Assembly (NCBI GenBank): GCA_046753765.1
Contig: JBHHUN010000001.1
Span: 12,141 to 76,140, forward strand
Length of the DNA stretch: 64,000 bases
DNA from: Candidatus Dojkabacteria bacterium
Lineage (GTDB): Bacteria; Patescibacteriota; Dojkabacteria; B142; OLB20
Reading direction: 5' to 3'
Part shown: positions 29,401-42,100 of the stretch, piece after piece
Layout of the letters: every line of letters begins with the position of its first letter
Numbering within the stretch: position 1 is the stretch's first letter
Program-made: the position numbers and the translations under genes
The notes under the pieces: model-generated
The model's database searches: none
Told to the model about the DNA's origin: nothing
The model's input: only the letters and a program-made list of their open reading frames with translations

Positions 29401-32400
29401 TAGTGGAACGGTGTTTGATGGAACAGACGATTACATCAGAGATTCATCTCCAGTGGGAATGCCGACAGGTGCAAGTCCAAGAACTGTTTCCGCGTGGGTC
29501 AAACTTAATGCTCTTGGGACCAAGCAAGTTATCTTCCAGTACGGACCACCTTCAATCACAAGAAACACTCTTTTGATGGATATCAGCACAGCAAATAAAC
29601 CTGAGTTTACTTCTTGGGCTGATGGTGCAACTTCTACTACATCCCTTACAACAGGAATCTGGTATCACTTAGTTGGCACATATGATGGGGATCTTACTAT
29701 GAAAATCTATATTGACGGAGATCTGGACACAACACATACACTTGGGGGACAACTGATTTCTACTGTGGACGGCACCGGTGTTAACATGGGGGCATGGCAG
29801 GCTGGGGTTTTAGATGATCTGAATGGGAGCTTGGATGAAGTACGTGTTTACAACAAAGAACTAAGTGCAGCAGAGATAGCTAAGTTATACGAATATCGAC
29901 CTGGACCAGTGGCACGCTGGAAATTTGACGAAAAAAGCGGAACAACAGCATACGACTCATCTATCAGTGCAAATAACGGTACACTTACTGGAATGGATGG
30001 TGCAACAGATTGGGTTCAGGGGAGAACGGGAGGAGCTTTAGATTTTGATGGAATAAATGATTATGTATCTGTGGCTGACGATGACGACCTGGACTTTATT
30101 GCTGGCGCAAGCTTCAGTATCGCAGCGTGGTTTAAGACTACTGGTGCGGTGGCAGCTACGCAGCAGTTGGTAGGTAAAGGTGGTTTGGGCAATTCGATTG
30201 GGTATTCACTCTATTTGGATGCAACTGGCAATGTTGTATGCGGGATAGATGATGATGCAGTAACGTTTCCTGAAGATAGTGTTACAAGTAGTGCTGATCA
30301 AGATGATAGTGCATGGCACCACGTTGCCTGTGTCAAGGATGCTGGTTCAAGCATTAGACTCTATGTTGATGGCGTAGAGACCGGAACTGCTGATACGACC
30401 ATTTCTGCAACAGGGACTTTAGCCAGTGCTGATGCAGCTGTGATTGGGGGTCAATCTGGTGCCAACTACTTTAGTGGACGTGTTGATGACGTAAGAATGT
30501 ACGATTATGATCTGACCACATCTGAAGTTTTCAATCTATATTCCAGTTCAACAAGTAGTTCTAAGAATCCGTACAAGAAAGTGATTTCACTCTCGCCATC
30601 AACGCCCTCAGCCAACTACCAGGTGAGAGTTCCTTTGACTTCAGCTGAAATCGATTACACAAAAACTCAAGATGCTGGTGAAGATATTCGATTTGAAGAT
30701 CTTGGCGGCAGTCCACTGGACTTCTGGATTGAGAGTTGGGATGAATCCGGGACGTCAGTGGTTTGGGTAGAGGCTGCAGCGTCCGGTACTTCTTCTATTG
30801 TCATGACATACGGAAATACGGCTCTGTCGTCAGCAAGCAATGGTACGAACACATTTTTGTACTTCACAGATCTTACCTCTGATCCAGGATTAACAGGTAC
30901 AAACAGCACGAACAGCTATGCGTATTATGATGGGACAAACGATCGGATCTACTTCCAGTTTCGACGTGATAGCAGCTCAAACGTGGATCGCTACTGGACC
31001 TTACCATCCGCAATTACGGAGGACTCAATTGCAACGGATTATTCTGTCCAGAGGTATTACTATATAAGTCACGGAAAATATGGGGATAAGTTTGGATCTG
31101 TAGGGCTGTCCACGGGAACGGCCGATCCACGCACCAGTATGATTGGAAGTGGGTACACGATGGATACAGACTATGGTGTAAGTGTACCGACGTTCGTGGG
31201 AAGAGTTGCCAACTCCAGCTCGTACTCTGATATTGGTCCCTGGACAGCAAGTAATACTACCGTGTACCAGATGAGTACGGGTCTAGATGGAACATACGCC
31301 AGTAAAACTGTGTATCAGAACGGTACTCAGGTTAACACCGGAAATATCACTGTTTCGGGGCAGACTGCTAGTTATACTGAGTTCAATATCTACAGGCAAA
31401 ATTACGGGCATTCGCAGGATTATGCCACTCATAGATGGTATCTGGATGATATCCGCGTACGAAAGTTTGATCAAAACGAACCCGTCGCAACAGTTGGAGA
31501 AGAGGAGGCTAATGCGGTTGCTTTGAAAGTGAACACCGAGAGAGAAGCTAGTGGCCCACTTCTTAAGTTGAATCTTGATGAGAAATCCGGGACGACAGCT
31601 ACGGATTCCAGTGGGAACGGAAATAACGGAACGCTAAATGGTTTTATGACTGACAGCGACTGGGTGCACGGGAAGGTGGGCAATGCACTGGATTTTGATG
31701 GTGTCGATGATTTTGTCGAAGTGGCTAATGAATCGTATTTTGATCAAACTACCACACTAACGGTCGCTGGCTGGGTATATCTATCGGACTCCTCAAGGAG
31801 TTCATTTGCATCGAAAGGAACTGGGGCGAGTGCGGATGGTGGCTGGAGCTGGGACTATGGTGGATTCAATGCAGGACAGGTAGAATTTGGTGTTAACGGT
31901 GGCTCCTTGATCTACATGACGGTTGGAGCTGCAATGAGTATTAACGAGTGGCATTACGTTGTTGGAGTGTTCGATAGTTCACTTTCCGGCAATAGCAGAT
32001 TATCCCTCTATATAGATGGTGTAAAACAGACCGGTACATATACGAACAGTGGGACATTCACTACAATAACCCCTAATAATAACAGTGTGATGGTCGGGTC
32101 AAAGGATGGTGCGATTAGGTTCACTGGGAAGATTGATAAGGTACGGGTATGGGATAGAGCTCTCACTGCTCGTGAGGCAGCTATTGAATACAACGGTGGA
32201 AAACCAGTAGGATGGTGGAAGATGGATAGAGGGGAGGGCAATACAGCATATGATTACTCCGGAAATGGGAACAATGGGACACTTACGAATATGGCTCCTG
32301 CGTCGGACTGGCTTGGCTCGCAAAGTTGTAAACTAAACAGCTGTTTGGATTTTGATGGTTCGGATGATTATATTGTCGGGAATCACAGCTCAAGTTTGAA

Positions 32401-32869
32401 TTTTAATCCAAACAATCAATATACGATAGAGGCTTGGGTATATCCGAGGTCAACTGCCAACAACCCTGCAATTTATAGGAAAGGTGGGTCAGGTGGAAGC
32501 GAGGTAATCATTTTGGATATTATTGCTGGGAAGTGGCGATTGGTATCCAGAAATACTGGTGGTACCGCCTATAGAGCAACCGGTAACGCCGCTGTCACCG
32601 CTAATCAATGGTCGCATCTAATTGGAGTTATGGATGGCTCAATGCTATATTTGTATGTAAATGGAAAGTTGACTGATACCGCGGCCTTTGCAGGTAGTTT
32701 GGGTACCTCAACAGTCGGTTGGGCAATAGGTAACAGACCAGACACATTCTCTGCCACACAGCAATTAGACGGAATCGTTGACGAATTAAAGGTCTATAAC
32801 TATGCGTTTTCGAAGGAAGATAGAGATAGGTCTTATATCTCGCAGGGTGCCGCCTTGAGGTTCGAATAG
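26450..32869 (+). CDS. Giant membrane-anchored surface protein, paralogue of the previous gene (2139 aa): DUF2341-like plus LamG arrays plus a unique C-proximal module
   Basis: ATG start. TM anchor VIFLVLMFLIGAVFG. The N-terminus is near-identical to gene 1 (WYNDLWAYRKQIDISGNASDLTDIQFQVTG). 2 N-terminal and 1 internal DUF2341-like units (GEDIRFEDLGGSPLDFWIESWDESGTSVVWV). About 8 LamG_3-like domains. A W/Y-rich roughly 280-aa module ends RWYLDDIRVRKF. Confidence 0.75.
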   Translation: MSKARSKLRTYPLRHWRWLWSTKVPVIFLVLMFLIGAVFGHLITPRKAKAEWYNDLWAYRKQIDISGNASDLTDIQFQVTGIDTSALYSVGKLQVDCQDIRFTDVQGNLLPYWVEDDGIDCSDDTTTDFWVRLQRAESEGTTIFMYYGNPDAGAGGSGDKTFEFFDDFSESIVDWYSSLWSFRIRLSVQKSKVDAALTDFPVFVDLSDLPGHFFSNADSGGNDLVVTSSDGTKLDRELVSIDTTARTGELWFRGDLNATTDTDFFIYYGNGSASETNATGTWTSAYAVVQHLNEDPSGGAPQMQDSTSNNNDGTSNGTMATSDLVNAVVGDGLQFDGSNDYISLSGVNATNKLTVSGWFYLEEYGGACDGGITRANASNPYGGFLLSPCSNGTPAIFNFAVANSTTWQEVLSSTDKLTGRWYYVVGVYDASVSSMKIYFDGVQDNSASATGNVRDNSEALRIGLNQTSYMKGTIDEVRVTSDAKSANWIAAEYSNQIDPGNFYHLGEPETETSRVLRPRQWTDTGSPAYTSGAVSFSYALGQEGILSTSQFSSDSKLVFRSTESATSLDDGRVGLSNTALTTSYNTDDAASYLFDSSTGANFEREAVNEGIATSSAGSTIEDTSAHDFEIGWTATTVDYRIDNATDGSIVTNLPDESMNIRIEVNNTSESLSVDWVAVASYNSDPPDTQNVGTEEIGPGPLVYLKLDEGQGQTASNSGSGGSQLDGYLGVDSFGTSNDPSWTDECISGGCLKFDGVDDAFEIPDNDLIDFGTDDFSVSMWMNFGDQAGGTHNYSIAFMKSDKTSSPYAGMTAFVDTPYSSPNGGVQFRLDSNNEAESTTTGMDDSRWRHYVFVRSGTTLEIYIDGILNKSQSVSSIDISDTANLRFGANQPVVTDQNFQGMMDEIKVYDYAIDQEKVLAELNTYADVLGTDTNGLRDGLVGWWKMDEVSANTCSGGNNDSCDSSGSGNDAAWANNVAATAGILGSGTVFDGTDDYIRDSSPVGMPTGASPRTVSAWVKLNALGTKQVIFQYGPPSITRNTLLMDISTANKPEFTSWADGATSTTSLTTGIWYHLVGTYDGDLTMKIYIDGDLDTTHTLGGQLISTVDGTGVNMGAWQAGVLDDLNGSLDEVRVYNKELSAAEIAKLYEYRPGPVARWKFDEKSGTTAYDSSISANNGTLTGMDGATDWVQGRTGGALDFDGINDYVSVADDDDLDFIAGASFSIAAWFKTTGAVAATQQLVGKGGLGNSIGYSLYLDATGNVVCGIDDDAVTFPEDSVTSSADQDDSAWHHVACVKDAGSSIRLYVDGVETGTADTTISATGTLASADAAVIGGQSGANYFSGRVDDVRMYDYDLTTSEVFNLYSSSTSSSKNPYKKVISLSPSTPSANYQVRVPLTSAEIDYTKTQDAGEDIRFEDLGGSPLDFWIESWDESGTSVVWVEAAASGTSSIVMTYGNTALSSASNGTNTFLYFTDLTSDPGLTGTNSTNSYAYYDGTNDRIYFQFRRDSSSNVDRYWTLPSAITEDSIATDYSVQRYYYISHGKYGDKFGSVGLSTGTADPRTSMIGSGYTMDTDYGVSVPTFVGRVANSSSYSDIGPWTASNTTVYQMSTGLDGTYASKTVYQNGTQVNTGNITVSGQTASYTEFNIYRQNYGHSQDYATHRWYLDDIRVRKFDQNEPVATVGEEEANAVALKVNTEREASGPLLKLNLDEKSGTTATDSSGNGNNGTLNGFMTDSDWVHGKVGNALDFDGVDDFVEVANESYFDQTTTLTVAGWVYLSDSSRSSFASKGTGASADGGWSWDYGGFNAGQVEFGVNGGSLIYMTVGAAMSINEWHYVVGVFDSSLSGNSRLSLYIDGVKQTGTYTNSGTFTTITPNNNSVMVGSKDGAIRFTGKIDKVRVWDRALTAREAAIEYNGGKPVGWWKMDRGEGNTAYDYSGNGNNGTLTNMAPASDWLGSQSCKLNSCLDFDGSDDYIVGNHSSSLNFNPNNQYTIEAWVYPRSTANNPAIYRKGGSGGSEVIILDIIAGKWRLVSRNTGGTAYRATGNAAVTANQWSHLIGVMDGSMLYLYVNGKLTDTAAFAGSLGTSTVGWAIGNRPDTFSATQQLDGIVDELKVYNYAFSKEDRDRSYISQGAALRFE

Positions 32870-33190
32870 CTCCCGAATCAAGGTGTCTTTACTAATTATT
32901 AGCAAGGGTGGCCCTCGTCTGATAATAAAGGGGGTATAAATTCCTGGTTTAGCCCAATCCTTTCTTGATCATCGTTGCATTCGTTGAACCGATAGCCCTT
33001 AAGCTAATAGCCCTTGAAGTCAGTCATTGCCATTATCTAATACTTCAAATATGCTTTGGAAGTAGAAAATTAAGAGTTTTTGTTATGAAACATTACTCAA
33101 AAACGTACAAAAGTGCACAAATGGTATTGCTACTAACCTTTTGTTGCATTAATATGTATTAGGCAACGAAATTAAGATAGGTAAATTTAT

Positions 33191-36100
33191 ATGCTGCCTT
33201 TGCATTTTACTGTCAAACAACTGCCATTTAGAGCATTCTATGGGAGATTACTCCGTGTATTCACCCTTTTTGCATCTTTCGTGATAGTCTCGGCCCTATT
33301 CCTGCTTGTATCCCAAACGGTGAGCGCTACAGTTAATAGCACAATGAACTTCCAGGGGAAGGTTGTAAATCTCTCCGACGGTACGAACATCGTAGCTGGT
33401 TCCCCGAGCTGTGTTGCAGCAGGCGCCGATACCTGTGACTTCAGGGCAAGCATATACACCGATTCTACAGGTGGAACACTCCTTTGGCAGGAACCACAAA
33501 GTAACGTTGAGCTAGGTGACTATGAGGGTGTGTTTAATCTTTCACTAAACTCTGTGTGTGCCAGCTGGAGCAGCCCCGGCGGTAGCTGTTCAGGTTCAGG
33601 CCTAACGTGGGGGAGTGATTCAACGATCTATCTGCAGATAGAGTTTGATGATGACGGTAACGGCGACTTTGTCAGTGCTGAGACATTTACCAGAAAACTG
33701 CTGACTAGTGTCCCTTACGCCTACGAGGCTGATCAGCTTGATGGTATTGACTCAACCGGGTTTGTCCAGCTTGCGCCAGGCAGTGTACAGACAACCGGGA
33801 ATACCACTAATCCATTGATCTATCTAAACGAAAATGGTACCGGAACGCCTAATTTGCTACAACTGCAAGTCGCCGGCAGTGATATCGCAACCATAAATAA
33901 TTCAGGCGATCTCACCATAACGGGTGATGCAAACATCAATGGGGGCACTATCAACTCCACCTCTGTGTTGACTTTCAACGACAGTAACACTTTGGATATT
34001 GCCTTTAGTGATGCTTCCAACACTACGTTGCCAGTAGGTACAAATTCCATTTTGCACGCATTAAATGCTGCATCTGGAGGTGGAGGCGGGCTCTGGACCA
34101 TCAATGCTAACGTAACCTATCTTACCTCCTCTGGTTCAGATCTATCGCTCGCTTCCACCTTAGTATCTGCATTCAGTGTTGATGAAAGCGAAAACCTGGT
34201 TAGAGTAGGAGACGGTTCTTCCAGCAACGGTAAGATCGACTTCTACTCATCAACTGGGGATACGGGGAGATTTGAATACATAACAGACACACTGCAGTGG
34301 AGTGGAGGGAGTGTGAGAATTGCCAATAATACGTCTGTAAATTTCGGATCCTCAGATCAGATACAGGTTCTTTACGACAGCACTACTGATACGAGGCTGG
34401 AATTTTCAGATGGCACTAATTTACTGCTCGCACTTGATGACGCGGGCACTACCGGCGATCTCCTTGTTACCGGAACTGTAAGTATCGGAGGAAGCTCAAA
34501 TGATGTGCTAGCAACCAGTGCAGCAGCGGGGGCTGCTACCAGCAGTTTATACTGGGGAAACCAGACAGTGTGTCTTGCTGACGGAACTGGTTGCAGCACT
34601 GACTACGGACTCTGGGAGGCGCTATCTTTTAATACAGGTGCCAATACTGGAACATTTGAAAACGACAACGATGTAATCGTTGGAACGTGGGCTGGTGACG
34701 ATACGCCATTGACCAATACCGGCTTTGTTTTAGACAGTACCACAGCAGACGATCTTTTTGTACTCGATCTGCTTGGTGTTGGGGATAGTTTGTACGTAGA
34801 AAACAACATCGTTGCCGGAAGTGGAGCACTTACGCTTAGTGACAGTGGTATTACAGATGGCGACTCGAATCTTGTGCTTACTGCAACGGGGGCAAATGTA
34901 GTCCAGATCAGTGATGCCCTTACTGTGACTGGCGGAACTGCTACATTCTCGGGCGGTAACGTTATTGTGCAGCATACAACACCTTATGACATCGTTATTG
35001 ATAATTCGACGGTAGGAGTTCCAACGGGAGGGAATCTGGCAAGCGATTCAGGCTACCTAACTCTCAGGGGAAACTTCTTTGACGATACCCCTGACACTGA
35101 CACTGAGCTCGACATGAGCTTGCTTATGGACGTTACTGACGGTTCCACATATCGGCTTGGATTTTATAACGATGGAAAGGCAGCTGAGATTGGAAGCCTT
35201 GATGAGTCAGGGAATCTACAGGTTGACGGAACACTTAATCTAGGTACAAACACTGCAGACGTACTTAGCGTTGGAGCTGGAACTGCAGCAAATGGTGATC
35301 TCTACTGGGGTGACGATCTGCTTTGTGATACAAGTCAGTCCAATTGTGGATGGGCAGCTGGTGGATCGACGCTCTTCACTGACGGAGGGACACTCACGTA
35401 TCTTACACAGACAGCCGATGATTTTGCCATCGGCGGAAGTGCCTTGGCCTCACCATTTAGTGTGGACACAGATATAAATACAGTGAGGATTGGTGACGGG
35501 ACTAGTGACGTTAATGATCCAACAGTGACTTTCTATGCCAGCAATGCAGTCGATTCCGGAAGTATTATCTATCTGGATGCGGACGGGTTTCAGTTTAGCG
35601 GTGGAGATGTGCTAGTAGGAGCTGCGAGCGAAACTATAGCGGGTGCAGGGTTCGTATTGAACGGGGACGATCTGTTCGTAAACGGCCAGCTTGGTGTTGA
35701 GGGAGATATCTACACAGACGCAGATCTTACACTTCAATCAGATGTAGACACGACTGGAGTAGGGGATATCACTATTAACTTCGGAGGAACGAACACGGAG
35801 ACCATTGCCTGGATAGCATCGCTTGACGGTTTCCAGGTATCGGACGATCTTTTGCCTTCCACTGATGACGCACTTGATCTTGGTTCGAATACGCTAAGAT
35901 GGCGTGATCTTTACACAGGCCCCGGGACGATACATGTAGGAACATCAACCTCAGATGAAGGTACCCTCAGCTATAACACAACCACAAATGACTTAGCCAT
36001 TGAGAGCACTGGAGATCTGGTTCTCTTAAGTGGGGGTGGATATGTAGGGATTGGAACTGCAACGACAACTGCATTTCTGGATATAACCGCTCCTACCACC

Positions 36101-39100
36101 AGTGCGGCACAGATTAACTTAAGCCCTTCTGTCGCTGTCGATCCTAGTGCTCCAGTTAATGGTGACATGTGGTACAACGGTACTAATCTCAACTTCTATA
36201 ACGGGTCAGTGACGACAGATCTACTAGCCGGGTCGTCAAGTCTATGGACTGATGGCGGAACATTGACCTATCTAACAAGCACAACAGATGATGTTGTATT
36301 TGGAGGAACAACAAGCGCAGGGCCATTCTTCTTTGATACAAGTGCTGGCAAGCTGACACTGAACACTGTTGGAGCTGGAGCGGGGATAGCTCTTGGCGAT
36401 GACACTCTACTTTATGATGGTGGAACCAATTTAATTCAGACAGCTGACTCATTCACAATAGGCGGACAGCTCACAGTGTCGTCAACGGGCTCTAGCGGTG
36501 GACTTGTCATTGGCGATGACACAAATTTGTACGACAACGGTACGAATCTGTTACAGACAGATGACTCATTCACTGTTGGTGGGGCTTTAAGTGTTACTGG
36601 TGGAGCTGCAACTGTTTCAGGTGGTGGTTTGACAGTCACTGGTGGCAATGTATTAGTGCAGGGGACAACCCCACTTGATGTAATAGTTGATAACTCTACT
36701 ACAGGCACAACAGCTAATTCTGGGGCTTTATATCTGCGGGGTAATTACTTCAATGTAAGTGATACCGAGATAGATATGAGTATCCTTCTTAATGTTACAG
36801 ATAATACCGATTACAAGATAAGTTTCTATGATGACGGCCAGGTAGCAGAAGTTGGTAGCATTGACCAGAGTGGGAATCTGCAGGTTGATGGCAATTTTAA
36901 TCTAGGAACAGATACTGCTGATGTGTTGAGTGTAGGGACAACAGGGTCGACTGCTATAGGTGATCTCTATTGGGGTGATGATCTTATTTGTGACTCAAGC
37001 CAAGCCAACTGTGGTATTGCTTTTGGCGGATCCTCACTGTTTACAGATGGAGGGGCACTCACATACTTAACTCAAACAACAGATGATTTCTCAGTTGGAG
37101 GAACAGCGCTTGCTTCGGCATTTAGCGTTGATGTTTCCGCAAACACAGTAAGGATTGGGAGTGGTGCAACAGCCGATGCAGTTTTAAGCATGTTTGCCAG
37201 TGACGCAAGTACAGGCACAATCACATTCACTACAAGTGACAGGTGGGAGTTTTCAGGCGGGGATATATTGTTATCCGATGACCAGTCAATGTTCTTTGGG
37301 ACCGATGCAGACGCTTTCTTTAGGTATGACGAGCTTACAGATAACAGGCTGGAATTTGGATTTGGCGCAAACCAGTTCGGTTACATCGATGATGTTGCTG
37401 CTCAAACATATGGCGACTTCCTCTTTAATGGAACAACTACGTTGGGAACGGGTCTGGCAGGTACTGAAACTGCTCTTTACATTAATCCGACGACCGGATT
37501 CACAGGTACGCTTCTAGATATCGATGTCAATGGTAGTGATATCTTTGCAGTTTCCACTACGGGAATTACAGCCAATGTACCTGCTACATTTGCCAGTGCA
37601 GGGGACGTACAGATAGCGAACGATCTTGCATTTACGAATTCGACTTCATCAAACATCACCTCTGATGCACCTCTATATATTACTGCAGGTGATATTGCCA
37701 GTAGCGAAGATCTGTATCTCTCCGCGAACAACGCAGGATATGTGATTGTAGATGATCGACTTGAGGTAGCAGACTTAATACACCTTGGAAATGCGAGTGC
37801 AAACAACTATCTGGCAACCAGCGTTCAGACAAATACACCGACAACAGACCTGTATTGGGGGGATAAACTCGTTTGTGATGTCAGTGAGGCAAACTGCGGG
37901 AATATCTGGACAGACTCAGGAACGGTCTCATACCTGACTAGCACAACCGATGACTTTGCAATAGGGGGAACGTCTCTTACAGCGTCTCTCAGTATGGACG
38001 TTAGTGCTAACTTGCTCCGCGTCGGAACAGGTGCAACTGCGAACGGGAAGATAGATCTATACTCATCTAATGGAAATTCAGCTAGGCTTGAGTTGACCAC
38101 GACTGATACTGTCGAACTTAATAATGCGGGGTTCGTATTCAATCAGGCCGGAGATGCTGTTGATTTTGTTATCGAAGGTGATACCGATGCAAACCTGATA
38201 ACAGCAGATGGTAGTACCGATAGGGTTGGAATCGGTGTAGCTGTGCCTGATGCATTCTTTGATGTTAAGCCTGCGACAGCCGGAAGTGCTTCGATTAACA
38301 TTTCATCTTCTGCAACAGTTAATCCTTCGGTGCCGGTAGATGGTGACATGTGGTACAACGGTACAAATTTATACTTCTATGATGGGTCTAGTACTATAGA
38401 CATCCTTGCAGGCGGATCTGGATCGAGCAAGTGGACAGATGGAGGAACGTTAACATATTTAACCAGCATTACGGATGATCTTGCAGTCGGTGCTTCAAGT
38501 GCTGTTGCTCCTTTATATATTGATGTTGATACTAACCTAATAAGAATTGGAGATGGTGCAAGTGATGTCAATGATCCTACACTGACATTTTATGCGAGTG
38601 ATGCTGTAGATAGCGGAAGTTTGATCTTCCAGGATGACGATTCATTCTTTTTAAGTGGCGGATCGGTAATGATTGGAGCTGCAGCAGAAACAATTGCCGG
38701 TACAGGCTTCGTTGTTGACGGTGACGACGTATTTATAGCAGGTATGCTCGGTGTCGAAGGTGACATCTATTCCGATGGTGATCTATATATTCAATCGGAC
38801 TTAGATACTACCCTAGCTGGAGATATATCGATCAATTTTGGGGGCACTAACACTGAGATACTTAAATGGGATGCAACTAATGATGCCTTCAGCTTATCTG
38901 ATGACTTCCTCCCTGCTACCAATGATGTCAGTACATTAGGCATAGATACACTACGTTGGGCCGACCTCTTCCTGGGGCCGAATACGTTGCACATTGGAAC
39001 CTCAACATCTGATGAAGGTACTGTCAGTTACGACACAACAGCAAATAATCTCCTGATTGATTCAACGGGTAACCTCGTCCTGCTGAATGGTGGTGGCAAC

Positions 39101-42100
39101 GTTGGTATAGGTACAACCACAACTAATGCCTTTCTTGATATTACAGCTCCAACGACAGCTTCTGCGCAACTCAATCTATCCCCATCGATAGCAGTTGATC
39201 CTTCTGCACCAGTAGATGGTGACATGTGGTACAACGGCACAAATCTATACTTCTATGATGGATCGAGTAATACAGATCTTCTAGCGGGCGGGGGTAGCAC
39301 GTTGTTTACTGACGGTGGAGCAGTGACGTACCTCACAAGTACAACAGATGACTTCGCCCTTGGTGGATCAACATTAGCAGCGTCAGTGTTTGCAGTTGAT
39401 GAGTCAACTGGAGACTTTTACTTTGGATCTGACAACACAACTGATCCCAGCTTACTCTTTGAAGCCTCAGACGCTGATGCCGGACAGATTGATTTTACTA
39501 CCAATGACCGCTTTGAACTGATCGGTGCCGGATTGCTGTTAGATGACGACCAGTCACTCTTCTTTGGCGCAAATGCAGATGCTTACTTCAGTTATGATGA
39601 GCTAACCGATGACCGTCTCGAGTTTGGCTTTGGGGCTAATCAATTCGGATACATTGATGATGTGACGGCCCAAACTTATGGAGACTTCAATTTCGCAGGA
39701 ACGACCAGCTTAGGTACGGCACTTGCAGGCACTGAAACAGCGTTGTACATCAATCCCACAACTGGATTTACTGGAACTTTACTTGATATTGATGTGGACG
39801 GGGCAGATATATTTACAGTAACTTCAACAGGCATTACAGCTGATGTCCCTGCAACATTTAACAGTGCTGGTGATGTGTCGATCGCTAACGATATCAACTT
39901 CACTAACGGCTCATCGTCAACTATCACTTCATTGGCACCGCTTTACATCACTGCTGGGGACGCAGTGAGCAACGACAGTTTGATCTTGAGTGCCCAAAAT
40001 GCTGGGTATGTAATTGTTGACGACCGCTTGCAGGTGGAGGATATAATTCATCTTGGAGGTTCAGCAGACAACTTCCTTGCAGCTTCATCACAAACTAATG
40101 CAGCAACCGATGACCTTTACTGGGGCGATAAACTGCTCTGTGACGCCAGTGTGGCAAATTGCGGATATGTAACCACAGCGCTTTGGGCTGATGGAACTAG
40201 CGGGTACTACAGCAACACAGAATCGGTAATTGTAGGTGCTGATGCAGCATTCAGTTATGTAACCACTCCCGGAGCGGGGGACTTAAAGGTGGCAGATGAT
40301 TTCGAAGCAGCAGATGATGGTTTTATAGGTGGGGATCTAGTTGTTGGTGCGTCAACAAGCTCGACAGACACAATCTCAGACGCTGGGTTTGTCCTTGGTG
40401 GAGATGACCTTTTTGTTGCTGGTCTGTTAGGGGTCGAAGGCGCTATTTATACAGATGATGATCTATATTTACAAACGGACATAGACACCACCCTGGCTGG
40501 AGATATATCGATCAATTTTGGGGGCACAAATACAGAGATATTCAAATGGGATGCAACGGCAGATGCCTTTGATCTTTCGGATGATATTACTGTAAATGGG
40601 AATATCACGATTTCTGGTGCAGCTGCCGGACTCGTCTATGCAAATGTAGCAACAGGAAGTGCGCCAACCTGTGATTCAACGACTGTCGGGACAACAATAT
40701 ACAACCGTGACGCTGCTGAGGACGGAACTATCTATCTGTGTAGGCAAAATACTGCAGGTGCATATGAGTGGAGAGACATTACAAACGGTGCTGGAACCCC
40801 TGACATAGCCGAGTTCGTTAGAACAAACGACACCACCATCGAAGCGGGTGATATTGTGAGCGTTTCACTAGAAGACTACCAAGAAGAGAATATCTACAAC
40901 CGCTTCCTTGTTGAGAAGTCAAACACTACCAATGTCGGTAGGCTTATGGGTATCATATCAACAGACCCTGGGATCTTACTTAACACGGCAAATGATCCCA
41001 ACGAACAGCAGGATCTTACAAACCTCCGCCCGCTGGCTCTTGCAGGTAGGGTACCAGTCAAAATATCAGCTGCATCAGCTGATATAGTCAAGGGTGATCC
41101 GATATCGGCTTCAGATAAGGATGGGCAGGGACAAAAACTTCAGGGCAGTGGGATGATTGTTGGTATCGCCCTTGAAGAATGGACATCTACTAGCGGAGAC
41201 ACAGATGTTATGGTGTTGATTAAGAATACTCACTATGATTCTGCGACTGAGGAAGGGACATTATATCTTGGGGAAAGTGGAAAGGGACTGATCTCCTTTA
41301 ATGAAGAGACTGGTACTTTTGAGTTTGACTCCAATGGAGACGGAATCCCAGAGATGAGCCTTGGTGAGAACAACGAGATTGAGGTTGCGCAAGATGTTCT
41401 TCCTAAGAGTTCGCCTGCGACCCTCACTGATGAGAGTGGTCAACAAATCACAGATGGAATTGATCTGGGCAGTCCGGAAGCCTATTTTGACGATGTTTAT
41501 GCAAACACATTCCATGGTCAGGATTTAGCGATCAATAATTTCGATGTTGCCGAAGAATACTTGGTTGAGGATATGACAATCATGGCAGGGGATGTGGTTA
41601 GATTCAAGAAGGACAGTTCTGACAGTCTCTTTGTTGAACGCACCGACGAAGCACAGGATAAATATGCGATTGGTGTGATAAGCACAAAGCCCGGCTTATA
41701 CTTAAAGGACTGGCAGGAAGACCGTGAGAGCGGTAGACCTGTAGCATTGGCGGGGCGTGTGCCTGTCAAAGTTACAGACGAGAATGGTCCAGTACACCGA
41801 GGTGACTTTTTGACTCCCGCAAGCACACCGGGCTACGCGATGAAGGCGGTGAGGGGTGGTGTGATAATCGGCAGGGCAATGGAAGATTTTGATCCAGATT
41901 TTTTCGATAGTGGGGACAGTGAGATGGTAACGGCCACGCTCGGGAGTGCACTCGCAACAGCTGAAGAAGAGATTGCAGAGCTGGTTGAAAGTGGGGAGCT
42001 TAGTGACGGGGAAGCAACCGAATTCTTGTACAGTATCCAGGAGGAGGTAACGGCTGAGTATGATGAACAAGAAGAAGCCGAGATGATTGAGAATGAGCTG

